A DNA stretch of 64,000 bases from an uncultured Christensenellaceae bacterium (GTDB taxonomy: Bacteria > Bacillota > Clostridia > Christensenellales > Borkfalkiaceae). Below the pieces are notes generated by a model. The model was not told the origin of the DNA. It saw only the letters and a program-made list of their open reading frames with translations, and ran no database searches. The stretch lies in the NCBI GenBank assembly GCA_910589015.1, contig CAJUSA010000002.1, forward strand, positions 120,928 to 184,927, written 5' to 3'. Positions 10,730 through 20,462 of the stretch are shown here, piece by piece (position 1 is the stretch's first letter; every line of letters starts with the position of its first letter). Made by a program: the position numbers and the translations under genes.

Positions 10730-11725
10730 ATGAAAAAATTTTTAACGGTAGCGGGAGCCGCAATTCTCGCAATGCTACCCCTCTCCGCTTGCGGACAGCA
10801 GGACGGACTCAAAAAAGTAAAGGTAAACGAAGTTACGCACTCGATTTTCTATGCCCCGATGTATCTTGCCGATTCGCTCGGTTATTTCAAGGAAGAAGGA
10901 TTGAAAATCGAACTGACGAACGGCGGCGGCGCAAACAAAGTCATGACTGCGGTGCTCTCGGGCGACGCGCATATCGGCTTCTGCGGACCGGAAGCGGCGC
11001 TCTACGTCGAACACGGCGGCACGAAGGATACGCCCACCGTATTCGGCCAGCTCACCAAGCGCGACGGTTCCTTCCTCGTTTCGCGCAATCGGGAAGATAA
11101 CTTTCAGTGGTCCGACCTCAAAGGAAAGGAAGTGCTCGCGGGCAGACGCGGCGGCGTTCCCGCTATGACCTTCGAATATGTTCTCAAAGAAAACGGATTT
11201 ACGCAGGACGATATCAATATCAATTACGACGTGGAATTCAACCTCATGACGGGCGCGTTCGAAGCGGGTACGGCGGACTACTGCACGATGTTCGAGCCCA
11301 CCGCATCGGATTATCAGGCGGCGGGCAAGGGTTATATCGTTGCGGCAGTCGGCGCGGCAAGCGGCGAAGTGCCCTATACCGCTTACATCGCAAAACGTTC
11401 GTGGCTCGATAAAAACGCCGATATCGCCGAAGGATTCCTGCGCGCCGTTCTCAAAGCCGTGAAATACCTCGACGAGAACACGCCCGAAACGGCGGCGCCC
11501 TTCCTCGTTTCGCACTTCCCTTCGACGAGCGAACAGTCGATCGCCACGAGTTTGAGAAGTTACAAAGAAATCGACGCCTGGCAGAGCGACATGGCGATGA
11601 CCGAACAGAGTTTCAACCGCTTGCAGGACATCATCGAAAGCGCAGGCGAGCTACCCGAACGCGCCGATTTCAACGCGCTCGTCGACAATACCCTCGTCAA
11701 AAAAGTTTATGCGGCGTTAAAATAA
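10730..11725 (+). CDS. ABC transporter substrate-binding lipoprotein (NMT1/THI5-like, NitT/TauT family)
   Basis: Lipoprotein signal peptide MKKFLTVAGAAILAMLPLSAC. Operon context with the cognate ATPase and permease genes. Confidence 0.8.
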   Translation: MKKFLTVAGAAILAMLPLSACGQQDGLKKVKVNEVTHSIFYAPMYLADSLGYFKEEGLKIELTNGGGANKVMTAVLSGDAHIGFCGPEAALYVEHGGTKDTPTVFGQLTKRDGSFLVSRNREDNFQWSDLKGKEVLAGRRGGVPAMTFEYVLKENGFTQDDININYDVEFNLMTGAFEAGTADYCTMFEPTASDYQAAGKGYIVAAVGAASGEVPYTAYIAKRSWLDKNADIAEGFLRAVLKAVKYLDENTPETAAPFLVSHFPSTSEQSIATSLRSYKEIDAWQSDMAMTEQSFNRLQDIIESAGELPERADFNALVDNTLVKKVYAALK

Positions 11726-11782
11726 AAGCGCGGCGCTCGATTTGCGCCGCCAAAAACAAAAAGAAAAACGGACGGTACAGAC

Positions 11783-12517
11783 GTGAAAAACAAAATCTTA
11801 CAGTTTACGGACGTTAAACTAATCTATCACACCAAACGGGGCGAAACGACGGCGGCGGAACATCTCGATTTTTCGGTGCATGAAGGCGAATTCGTTGCCA
11901 TTATCGGGCCTTCGGGTTGCGGTAAAACAACGCTTTTATCGCTTGCCGCGGGACTTCTGAAACCTTCCGAGGGCAGCGTGACAAGTCAAGGCAGTTTCGG
12001 TTACATGCTGCAAAAAGACGAACTCTTCCCGTGGCGCACGATCGAAAAAAACGTCTTTCTTCCGCTCGAAGTCAAAAAAATCAACACCGAGGAACACCGC
12101 AAGCGCGTACGTAATTTAGCGGAAAAATACGGCTTAGGCGATTTTTTAAGCAGCTACCCCGCCCAGCTTTCGGGCGGCATGCGCCAGCGCGCCGCGCTCA
12201 TCCGCACGCTCGCGACCGATCCCGATATCCTGCTGCTCGACGAACCCTTTTCCGCGCTCGACTATCAAACGCGCCTCAATGTGTGCGACGACGTTTCCTC
12301 GATCATTCGCAGCGAAGGCAAAACCGCGCTGCTCGTCACGCACGATATTTCCGAGGCGATCTCGCTTTCCGACCGCATTCTTGTCCTTTCGCAACGGCCT
12401 GCAAAAATCGCCTACGAACACGAAATGAATTTTAACAGCAATATTCCGCTCAAACGGCGCGAATCGGAAAAATTTTCAGAGTGGTTCGAATTACTCTGGA
12501 AGGAGTTAAACGTATGA
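11783..12517 (+). CDS. ABC transporter ATP-binding protein (NitT/TauT family)
   Basis: Walker A GPSGCGKTT, signature LSGGMRQR, Walker B LLLDEPFSALD. The start codon is GTG. Confidence 0.9.
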   Translation: MKNKILQFTDVKLIYHTKRGETTAAEHLDFSVHEGEFVAIIGPSGCGKTTLLSLAAGLLKPSEGSVTSQGSFGYMLQKDELFPWRTIEKNVFLPLEVKKINTEEHRKRVRNLAEKYGLGDFLSSYPAQLSGGMRQRAALIRTLATDPDILLLDEPFSALDYQTRLNVCDDVSSIIRSEGKTALLVTHDISEAISLSDRILVLSQRPAKIAYEHEMNFNSNIPLKRRESEKFSEWFELLWKELNV

Positions 12518-13326
12518 AGGAAAAAAAGATCTATTCCAAAGAGCATGAGCTGTATCTGAAAAAATGCCGAAAGCATGCGATCATCGTATGGGTCAGCCGG
12601 GTCGGCTTGCTCGCGCTTCTGTTGGGATTGTGGGAACTGGTTACCGCCTGCGGCTGGGTCGATCCCTTTATCATGAGCTCGCCCTCGCGGATCGCAAAAA
12701 CCATCGGCTCGCTCTATCACGAAGGCACGCTCTTTTACCACATCGGCGTCACGTTGGGCGAAACGATCGCGGGATTTCTGATCGCCGTTGTATTAGGCGT
12801 GTCAATCGCCTTAGCGCTCTGGTGGAGCGAAACGCTGCGCAAGGTGCTCGAACCCTACATAGTGGTGCTGAACGCGCTTCCGAAAATCGCGCTCGGCCCG
12901 CTTATTATAATATGGTTTGGCACGGGCAGCAAGGCGATCATCTTTATGACTGTGCTCGTCGGGCTGATCGTCGCCATCATGCACATGCTCGCCGCTTTCT
13001 GCGCTACCGACAAAAACAAACTTTTACTCATGCGGTCGATGGGCGCGAGCAAGTGGCAGATCCTGCAAAAACTCGTCATTCCTTCCGCCCTTCCCGCGTT
13101 TACTTCGATGCTAAAGGTCGCGGTCGGCATGGCGTGGATCGGCTCGATCATGGGCGAATACATCGTTTCAAAGGCGGGGCTTGGTTATCTTATCGTCTAC
13201 GGCGGGCAGGTGTTTAAGCTCGACCTTGTGATGAGCGCGACGTTTTTGCTTTGTCTTCTTGCGGCAGGCATGTATTTCCTCGTCGTGCTCCTCGAAAAGA
13301 TACTCGTGAAAAACACAGAAAACTGA
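12514..13326 (+). CDS. ABC transporter permease
   Basis: Multi-TM protein. The ATG at 12514 overlaps the ATPase stop (ATGA). Confidence 0.85.
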   Translation: MKEKKIYSKEHELYLKKCRKHAIIVWVSRVGLLALLLGLWELVTACGWVDPFIMSSPSRIAKTIGSLYHEGTLFYHIGVTLGETIAGFLIAVVLGVSIALALWWSETLRKVLEPYIVVLNALPKIALGPLIIIWFGTGSKAIIFMTVLVGLIVAIMHMLAAFCATDKNKLLLMRSMGASKWQILQKLVIPSALPAFTSMLKVAVGMAWIGSIMGEYIVSKAGLGYLIVYGGQVFKLDLVMSATFLLCLLAAGMYFLVVLLEKILVKNTEN

Positions 13327-14247
13327 GAAAAACAAACCTATAATTCCTAATATCGGATAAAAATACACAACGATTCCCGCCAAACCCAAACGGGAAAAGG
13401 CAAAAGCCGCAAGCAGCACCAACGATCTTGCGGCATATTTTGCCGCTTTTTTCTTTTCAGCAAGTCGTTCGCACAGCGAAAACAAGGGATAAAGCGATGA
13501 ACAGAGCGACGTTGCGATCGCAAGCGCGGCGGCAACATAGAACAGGACGTTGCCCCGCATGACGAAGAGAAAAGGCATTTCGCTCTCGATCGCGCCTTGT
13601 CCTTCGCGTGCCACCGCACCGAGCACGAAGAGCGCGCAGGCGCCGATGAAACAGGCGGCAAGCGCCGCGGAAAAACACGGTCGTTTCATTTCCCTGCCGG
13701 CGTCCATCAAAACGGGCAAGGCGAGAAAGGCGTTCATGCCCGCATAGACGACGCCGCCCCAGAACCCGGCCGCCGATACGGGCATAAGAGCGCGGAACGC
13801 CACTGCGCAATCGCCGAAGGCAAATAAAAAGGCGATGAGCGCGGGCACGAGAACGGCGTTCAAAATCCCCACCCCCTTCATTCCCCGCCCGACAAAGAGC
13901 GACACCGACAAAAGACCGACGATCGATAACAGCGGTTTGTAGTTCGGCAACAAAGCATCGAATCCCGCAATAAATCCGGCGCAGGGTATAAACGAAAAGA
14001 GCGCGATCAGGATCCGAACGGCGGGCGCAAAGCGCTTGAAAAGCGTGTTTGTAGCGCTCTCGTAACCGCCGTATTTTTTACCGAGCAACAACGCAAACAC
14101 AAGCAAAAAATAAAATGCGAGCGAAGAAACGATTACGGGCAAGAAAAACCCGCCTGCGCCGAAAAAACGAACGAGTTCCGCTCCCGAAACAAAGCCCGCC
14201 CCGATACATGTTCCCACTATAAACAAGGTTGCCCGAATGATCCCCAT
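13168..14247 (-). CDS. YkvI-family membrane protein (putative transporter)
   Basis: MGIIRATLFIVGTCIGAGFVSGAELVRFF resembles the YkvI N-terminus, and the protein has many TM helices. The 3' 159 nt overlap the convergent permease gene. Confidence 0.65.
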   Translation of the reverse strand: MGIIRATLFIVGTCIGAGFVSGAELVRFFGAGGFFLPVIVSSLAFYFLLVFALLLGKKYGGYESATNTLFKRFAPAVRILIALFSFIPCAGFIAGFDALLPNYKPLLSIVGLLSVSLFVGRGMKGVGILNAVLVPALIAFLFAFGDCAVAFRALMPVSAAGFWGGVVYAGMNAFLALPVLMDAGREMKRPCFSAALAACFIGACALFVLGAVAREGQGAIESEMPFLFVMRGNVLFYVAAALAIATSLCSSLYPLFSLCERLAEKKKAAKYAARSLVLLAAFAFSRLGLAGIVVYFYPILGIIGLFFSVFCVFHEYLFEEHDEEIHACRKKTKQKRRAHHKVELKHLPAVDDKITKPRL

Positions 14248-14296
14248 TTTTCTTAAATATGCTAAAAAACAGGGAAATATGCCGAAATTTATGAGA

Positions 14297-14315
14297 TTAT
14301 GTCTGACATAGTACT
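14297..14315 (-). repeat. Copy 2 of the recurrent intergenic motif
   Basis: The plus strand reads TTATGTCTGACATAGTACT and contains the palindrome ATGTC-T-GACAT. It lies 62 nt upstream of the ykvI ATG and 10 nt upstream of the padR-like -35 box. Confidence 0.6.
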
Positions 14316-14324
14316 TTGTACCAC

Positions 14325-14353
14325 TTGACAAAATCCGACAAATAAGCTATAAT
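14325..14353 (+). promoter_or_regulatory. Consensus sigma-A promoter of the PadR-like gene
   Basis: TTGACA (14325-14330), 17-nt spacer, TATAAT (14348-14353), followed by the SD AAAGGAGGAAG. Confidence 0.65.
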
Positions 14354-14373
14354 ATCCGCAAAGGAGGAAGAAT

Positions 14374-16098
14374 ATGGACGAAGAGCTCGAAAGATCGGAA
14401 AACGAAGAAAATACCGAAAGCGAAGAAACAGCCCGTTCGGTCAGTTCCGACCTTATTCGCGGACATATCAATACAATCATCCTGCGCGCCCTTTATGAAG
14501 GGGACAAGTACGGTTACGAAATCATTGCAGACATCGAAAGCAAGAGCCACGGACAGTACAGCTTAAAACAACCCTCTCTTTACAGCGCGCTGAAACGTTT
14601 GGAAAAGGACGGCTGCGTCACCTCGTACTGGGGCGGCTCGGTCAGCGGCGGACGGCGCAAATATTTTTCTTTGACCGATCTCGGAAAGGAAATTGCCGAG
14701 CGCAATCAATCGGAATGGGAGTATTCCCGTACGATCATCGATTCGCTTATTTCGGATAAAGATTTCGACTTCAACAACCCCGCCCCGAACAGCGTGGACA
14801 TGCGTCTTTTGCGCGATACCACTTCCCGCGTGCCGCGCGACAGCGGCGAAGAAGAGGAAGAAAGCATGGTGCGCTTCGGCAATCTGACGCAATCGGCGGA
14901 ATCGGAAGAGCGCAAAGCCGAGCTGGAAAAAGCCGAACAGGCATTATCCGAACGGATCGCCCTTTTACAGCGCGAACAGACGTGGCGCGAGGAAGAGCTG
15001 GCACGGCGCGAAGAGGCGATTGCCCGTGAACAGGAAAAGCTGCACGAAGAGATCGCGCGCGGCGGAAAGACCGAAGAGTTGGAACGCTCGCTTGACGACA
15101 AGAACGCCGAAACCGCCCTTCTGCGCCAAATCAACGAAACGCTTCGGCAGGAACTGCAAGAACATTTAGAAGAATCCGAAACGCTGAAACTGCGCATCAT
15201 CGAAGAAGAACGCGCCCGTTCGCAAGATCTTATCGACGAAGAACGGCGCCGTTGCGAAACCGATTTGGAAAGCGAACGCACCCGCATCAGCGAAGAAGAA
15301 CGGCGGCGCGCCGACGAATATATCGCTGCGGAAGTCGAGCGGATCAAGCGCGAACAGGAAGAAATTTATTCCGCACGCGAACACGAAATCCGCATGCAGA
15401 ACTACCGCGAGCTTTTAATGGCAGAACACCCCGCAACGACTCCGCCCGTTCGGGAAGAACAACAAGCGGAAGATGAACAGCCGCAACCGCCTGTGCCCCC
15501 CCAACCCGAGCCGGTTGTCGCGCAGGAACGTCCGGAACCTCCCGTTATCGACGACGCGCTTCCCCCCGCTAACAAAGGCGGCATCGATTTTAACGAACTC
15601 GAAGAACGCGCGCGCATCGACGGCATTCGTATTGAAACGACGGGACAAAAAACCAAACCGAACATCCTTGCCGATCAGTCGGTTTCCCTCGTACATAAGG
15701 GCAAATGCCTGTTTTTAAGTTCGATTGTCGCCTGCGTATTCTGCATTATTCTCGGCAGTATTCTGCTCGGAATCCGAAAAAGTGTGGCGATCCCCGTCTT
15801 TTTCCCGTATGTGATCTGGTGCATCGGCATTGCCGTTCTGCTCGCAATGGGTCTAGCTTACGCCAACCATTACGGCGAACGTGCAATCAGACGGAACGCC
15901 TCGATCGTCCTCATCAATTCCGCCGTGATTTATGCGCTTTGCGTGATCTTCACGCTGATCATCGCCTTATCCGCCAAGATCGATTTTGCAAGCACCGTCG
16001 CGGTCGCGTCGTTTATCTACGTTCCCGTTGTGTTTGAGTTGGTCATTCCTCTCTTCGGCGTGGTGTATTATTTCTTAGTACGCAGCAAAAAAGATTAA
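14374..16098 (+). CDS. PadR-family winged-helix regulator fused to a long coiled coil, a Pro-rich linker and a C-terminal multi-TM domain
   Basis: PadR signature IILRALYEGDKYGYEI...LKQPSLYSALKRLEKDG...RRKYFSLTDLG. About 200 aa are E/R/A-rich, followed by a PQPPVPPQPEP linker and 4-5 predicted TM helices at the C-terminus. Confidence 0.8.
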   Translation: MDEELERSENEENTESEETARSVSSDLIRGHINTIILRALYEGDKYGYEIIADIESKSHGQYSLKQPSLYSALKRLEKDGCVTSYWGGSVSGGRRKYFSLTDLGKEIAERNQSEWEYSRTIIDSLISDKDFDFNNPAPNSVDMRLLRDTTSRVPRDSGEEEEESMVRFGNLTQSAESEERKAELEKAEQALSERIALLQREQTWREEELARREEAIAREQEKLHEEIARGGKTEELERSLDDKNAETALLRQINETLRQELQEHLEESETLKLRIIEEERARSQDLIDEERRRCETDLESERTRISEEERRRADEYIAAEVERIKREQEEIYSAREHEIRMQNYRELLMAEHPATTPPVREEQQAEDEQPQPPVPPQPEPVVAQERPEPPVIDDALPPANKGGIDFNELEERARIDGIRIETTGQKTKPNILADQSVSLVHKGKCLFLSSIVACVFCIILGSILLGIRKSVAIPVFFPYVIWCIGIAVLLAMGLAYANHYGERAIRRNASIVLINSAVIYALCVIFTLIIALSAKIDFASTVAVASFIYVPVVFELVIPLFGVVYYFLVRSKKD

Positions 16099-16104
16099 TA
16101 AATG

Positions 16105-16134
16105 AAAAAGCACGGTTTGAAACCGTGCTTTTTG
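16105..16134. terminator. Bidirectional terminator between the PadR-like gene and rho
   Basis: Stem GCACGG / CCGTGC with loop TTTGAAA, flanked by an A-run and a T-run. Confidence 0.65.
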
Positions 16135-16142
16135 TATTGAAG

Positions 16143-17576
16143 TTACATATTTTTATAAACGCGCAGCCACTCGGGCAGACGGGAAACAAATTCGGCGTTG
16201 TCCTGCGTGCGGCGCATCATATCGATGATCCCAGCCGGATTTTCGGTAAATCCCCTTTCCCGCATTTTATACACGGCGGCAAGCTCTTCGGACGAGAGCA
16301 ACAGCTCTTCCCGACGCGTTCCCGAGCGCCGTATCTCGATCGCAGGAAAGATCCTGCGTTCCGCCAGATCGCGCGAAAGAAAAATATCGGCGTTGCCCGT
16401 GCCTTTGAACTCTTCATAAATAACGTCGTCCATGCGGCTTCCCGTATCCACGAGCGCCGTAGCAAGAACGGTAAGGCTGCCCGCCTCGACGGTATTACGC
16501 GCCGCGCCGAAAAACCGCTTCGGTTCCGCAAGCGCACCCGCTTCCAAACCGCCCGAGAGCGTTTTGCCCGAGCTATCGGTCAAGTTGTTGTAAGCGCGAG
16601 TGAGTTTTGTAAGCGAATCAAGCAGGATCACCACGTCCTCTCCCTGCTCCGCCATTCGTTTCGCATGCGCAATCGTGAGCGCCGCGGCGCGTACATGATG
16701 TTCGGGTAATTCGTCGAAGGTAGAATAGACGACCTCGGCGTTTTTCACGCTCGTGCGGATATCCGTCACTTCCTCGGGACGTTCGTCGATAAGTAAAATA
16801 ATCAGTTTGATTTTTGTGTGATTTTCGCCGATACTGCTCGCAATTTCCTTCAAAAGCGTCGTTTTACCCGCTTTGGGCGGCGCGATAATGAGTGCACGCT
16901 GCCCCTTTCCGATGGGCGCAAACAAATCGAGGATACGCAGGGAAAGCGGCGATTTCTCATGCGAAAGCGTAATTTTTTCTTTGGCATACTGCGCCGTAAG
17001 CGAATCGAAAACGGGACGGTTCTCGTATGTTCCAACGGGAAGACCGTTCACGCTGATGAGTTTATCGATCGCAGGCGAGTTATTTTTTTGCTGGGGGTGT
17101 GCGGTACAAACAACACGGTCGCCTTCGCGCAGACGGTAGGAATGAATGAGCGGTGCGGAAAGAAACACGTCGCCGCCGTTGACCGTCGGCTGACAGTTGT
17201 TTGTGCGCACAAACCCAAACCCGTTTACGGTTATTTCGAGAATACCGCTGTAACGCGGGGAAGAAACGGGAACGCTTTCCGTTTCCCCTTGCGCCACCGA
17301 AAGCGGTTCTTCCTGTTCGGTTTCCGCCTGAATTTTGCGCAGTCCTTCAATATATTCACTCGGTACAATCTTATCCTTGACGGGCGCACCGCGTCCCGAA
17401 GGCTTGGCGGGCTTGAGCTTGCCCATACAGATATCGGTAATATTCCGAATGATCAAATCCTTATTTTGCGTCGAAGCGCTCGACACACCGACCTCTCGCC
17501 CGATCGCCCGCAAAGTCGAAATTGCAATTTTATCCAGATAGTCGAAGTACTTTTGTTCAACGGCTGACAACTGCAT
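16143..17576 (-). CDS. rho: Transcription termination factor Rho
   Basis: RNA-binding motif GFGFVR and Walker [11 protein letters not shown]. 477 aa. Confidence 0.95.
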   Translation of the reverse strand: MQLSAVEQKYFDYLDKIAISTLRAIGREVGVSSASTQNKDLIIRNITDICMGKLKPAKPSGRGAPVKDKIVPSEYIEGLRKIQAETEQEEPLSVAQGETESVPVSSPRYSGILEITVNGFGFVRTNNCQPTVNGGDVFLSAPLIHSYRLREGDRVVCTAHPQQKNNSPAIDKLISVNGLPVGTYENRPVFDSLTAQYAKEKITLSHEKSPLSLRILDLFAPIGKGQRALIIAPPKAGKTTLLKEIASSIGENHTKIKLIILLIDERPEEVTDIRTSVKNAEVVYSTFDELPEHHVRAAALTIAHAKRMAEQGEDVVILLDSLTKLTRAYNNLTDSSGKTLSGGLEAGALAEPKRFFGAARNTVEAGSLTVLATALVDTGSRMDDVIYEEFKGTGNADIFLSRDLAERRIFPAIEIRRSGTRREELLLSSEELAAVYKMRERGFTENPAGIIDMMRRTQDNAEFVSRLPEWLRVYKNM

Positions 17577-18238
17577 TATGTTTTAGAACGCTCCATTACG
17601 ATGATTTTCGTCGTTTCTTCCGTGATATCGTCACGGAACAGTTCGATTTCGTCGCCCTCAATCACTTCGACCTCTTCTTCGTCGGCATCCGTATCGAATA
17701 AATCGATAAATTCGTCCACCTTATCGAGATCCATGTCGAGCCCCTTTTCTTTATAGTGCATGGGAATAACGATGGACGGCATGAGCCTGTCGACGTATTC
17801 CTTTGCCTGCTCGGCGTCGATCGTATAATTTCCTCCGACGGGGATGAGCAGAACGTGCACGGGCAGAATCGCCTCGATCAATGCGGAAGAGCATTCCTCG
17901 CCGATGTCGCCGAGGTGGCACACTTCCAACCCGTCCATACGGAATTTGAAAATGAGGTTTTCGCCCCGTTTCTTACCCTCTTCGTCGTCGTGAAAGCTCT
18001 TGACTGCCGTGATCCCAACGCCGCTCAGATCGTAATTTCCCTCTTTTCCGATCACGGTCGGATTGCCCTCGACCGCCGCAACGTTATTATGATCGTAATG
18101 CGCATGACTGACGGTTACAACGTCGGCAGAAACGTGCGGCATATCGAACCCGATATTCGCATACGGGTCTGTAACGATACTCGTATCCGTACTTTCCGTC
18201 AAACGAAAGCACGAATGACCAAGGTAACGTATTTTCAT
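17576..18238 (-). CDS. MBL-fold metallo-hydrolase
   Basis: Metal-binding motif SHAHYDHNN. The stop overlaps the rho start (TAATG). Confidence 0.85.
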   Translation of the reverse strand: MKIRYLGHSCFRLTESTDTSIVTDPYANIGFDMPHVSADVVTVSHAHYDHNNVAAVEGNPTVIGKEGNYDLSGVGITAVKSFHDDEEGKKRGENLIFKFRMDGLEVCHLGDIGEECSSALIEAILPVHVLLIPVGGNYTIDAEQAKEYVDRLMPSIVIPMHYKEKGLDMDLDKVDEFIDLFDTDADEEEVEVIEGDEIELFRDDITEETTKIIVMERSKT

Positions 18239-18437
18239 TCTTCCTCCGAAATAAAAATAATCAAAACGTTTTTACTTTTGAAACAATTTGAATGGTTTTT
18301 AGAAAAGTTCTCTGTTATTCATTATATAACACCCGCTTGAATTTGTAAACAAAAATCAGGGTAATTGCGCAAAAATAAATGAATCAGGCGATTTTTGTAC
18401 AGAAATACCCGCCGAAACCGACGGGTATTTTCCTTCG

Positions 18438-19367
18438 TTAAAGCGTGTTGGGATCGCCTTCGATAACGGTGTATTTAATCAAACCGCGGGCGATAAGGTT
18501 TTCTTTCGTATCCAAAGGATATTTCTCGATCTTCTCGACGTTAACCGCCGAGCCCTTTTTCAGTTCTACGCGTTCCGCCAACAGATCGATGAGGTCCATG
18601 GCGCTCTTCAACGATTTGTTGGAAGTGATGCGCATCATGACGGGCGTCTTTTCGTACTTCTTTGTTTTAGCCTTTTCAACGTTGTATACTTCGCTTTCTT
18701 TGAACTCTTTATAATTGAGCGCAAAATATACGCAAAGCGTCTTCATTTCAACATTGAATTTGCAGAAAGGATCTTTGCCCTTGTTGAAACTGAGGTAGCC
18801 CCAACTGACGCGCCCCTTCAAACGGTAAGCAAGCACATGGTTGGCAATCTGGCAATAATAATTTTTCAGTTCGTCCGTACTCTCGATAAGGCGCGCCTGG
18901 AACGATTTACGGTATGCAACCTTAACGGGCTTATCGTCGACCATGATCACACCGTACTCGCGGTCGTCGTCCTCATCGTCGTCATCATCCACAACTACGG
19001 GCTTTTTCTTCGCGGCGGGCGCGGGTGCAGGCTCGGGTGCAGGTGCAGGCGCAGGAGTCGGCGCAGGCGCCGCAGCAGGTGCGGGTGCAGCGGTTGCCGC
19101 AGCTTCGGCATGTGCCGGTTCGTCGTCGTAGACGTGATGGATATAAATATGTTTATCCCTTACGACTTCTTCCTTCGTCGCCTTGCCTTCGCCGTTCTGA
19201 CCGCCTCCGGCGGCACCCTCTTCCGACTTCTTGCCGAAGAGTTTCTGCATAAAAGGAATTTTGGTGAAAGTAAGTCCGAAAAACGTCCAGATAAGCACGG
19301 CAAAGATCGCCAAAACGACGACAGCCGCTATCTGACCTCCCGGTACGGTATTCAATAAAGTTACCAT
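18438..19367 (-). CDS. Hypothetical membrane-anchored protein with a Pro/Ala-rich tract and an acidic tract
   Basis: N-terminal TM helix, then APAPAAAPAPTPAPAPAPEPAPAPA, then VVVDDDDDEDDD, then a ~160-aa C-terminal globular region of unknown family. Confidence 0.6.
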   Translation of the reverse strand: MVTLLNTVPGGQIAAVVVLAIFAVLIWTFFGLTFTKIPFMQKLFGKKSEEGAAGGGQNGEGKATKEEVVRDKHIYIHHVYDDEPAHAEAAATAAPAPAAAPAPTPAPAPAPEPAPAPAAKKKPVVVDDDDDEDDDREYGVIMVDDKPVKVAYRKSFQARLIESTDELKNYYCQIANHVLAYRLKGRVSWGYLSFNKGKDPFCKFNVEMKTLCVYFALNYKEFKESEVYNVEKAKTKKYEKTPVMMRITSNKSLKSAMDLIDLLAERVELKKGSAVNVEKIEKYPLDTKENLIARGLIKYTVIEGDPNTL

Positions 19368-19498
19368 AACGATGACCCCGCTTTACGTAATTTTTTATAT
19401 TCGTATAAATTATATCACAATGTTGCAGAAATTACAACTTTTTTAGTGGAAATTTTCGATACTTTTTAAAATTTTCACAATTTAAGCGGATATACGCA

Positions 19499-20317
19499 TT
19501 ATTTGTTTTCTTCAAACTGCGCGAACGCCCGCTTCCCTTCCGACAAGAGTCGTTTCGTCTGTTCTTCGTCGTCGTTCTCGAGCGCACTTTTATATTCTTC
19601 AAGGCGAGCGCAAAGCCTTTCGATTTCGGGAATCAGGCAGGCGCGGTTGATGTGAAAGAGTTCGGTCCAGACGTTCTCGTCAACTCCCGCGATCCGCGTC
19701 ATGTCCTGAAAACTGCCGCCTGTAAAACCGCCGCACCCGCCCGTCAACGGCGATTTGACGTAGGCGTTTGAAACAACGTGCGCAAGCTGCGAGGTCAGCG
19801 CGATCATTCTGTCGTGTTCTGCCGCGCTGCACACGACGATGCGCGAAAACCCCATATCCCTGCCGAGCCTTTCCATCGTCACAAATGCTTCTTGGTCGGT
19901 TTCATTTGTTCGGATCATAACAAGGTTCTTTCCGTCGAACAGATCGGCACAGGCGGATTCGATCCCCGAAGTTTCTTTCCCTGCCATCGGGTGAATACCC
20001 ACATAACGGTAACGGCGCGGCGCGGAAAATACGGTGCGTTCGAGTTCGGTCTTCACGCCGCAGATATCGCTGACAATGCAACAGGAAGGAAACGCACCCT
20101 CTTCGAGTACGCCTGCGCATATACGCGGCGGCAACGCCAGCACGACAACTTCCACGCCGTCGAAGGATTTTGCCTCGCCGTCGATATATCCGTGCTCCAA
20201 CGCGTATTCGATCGGCCGTCGGCTGCGGTTCATACCGAGCACAAAATGCCCCGCTCTTTTGAGCGAGGCGCAGACCGACGCGCCGATTATTCCCAAGCCG
20301 TATACGGTGACCTTCAC
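19499..20317 (-). CDS. tyrA: Prephenate dehydrogenase
   Basis: Rossmann motif VYGLGIIGASV. 272 aa, GTG start with a GGGGA SD. It is divergent from aroA. Confidence 0.85.
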   Translation of the reverse strand: MKVTVYGLGIIGASVCASLKRAGHFVLGMNRSRRPIEYALEHGYIDGEAKSFDGVEVVVLALPPRICAGVLEEGAFPSCCIVSDICGVKTELERTVFSAPRRYRYVGIHPMAGKETSGIESACADLFDGKNLVMIRTNETDQEAFVTMERLGRDMGFSRIVVCSAAEHDRMIALTSQLAHVVSNAYVKSPLTGGCGGFTGGSFQDMTRIAGVDENVWTELFHINRACLIPEIERLCARLEEYKSALENDDEEQTKRLLSEGKRAFAQFEENK

Positions 20318-20427
20318 GCAATTATTCCCCTGAGATCCGCAAATTGCGGGTATTTCTGATAATTATATCATATTTTTATGCGTTTTACAAGAAAAAACAC
20401 GCGTTCTGCCGCCGCGTTTGCGATTTC

Positions 20428-20456
20428 TTGACAAGCTCGCCCGAATACGTTATAAT
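20428..20456 (+). promoter_or_regulatory. Consensus sigma-A promoter placed for a leaderless aroA transcript
   Basis: TTGACA (20428-20433), 17-nt spacer, TATAAT (20451-20456). The aroA ATG starts 7 nt after the -10 box and there is no SD. Confidence 0.55.
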
Positions 20457-20462
20457 GACGGC

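Noticed and set aside
18239-18437. This ~200-nt intergenic region, and those at 19368-19498 and 41226-41387, checked for tRNA or small RNA genes.
   Set aside because: No cloverleaf-compatible sequence or conserved tRNA boxes were seen. The regions are explained by promoters, leaders and terminators.
19020-19100. Short tandem GCAGGT/GCGGGT-type repeats considered as a CRISPR-like or satellite array.
   Set aside because: They lie inside an ORF and simply encode the Pro/Ala-rich linker. There is no repeat-spacer structure.
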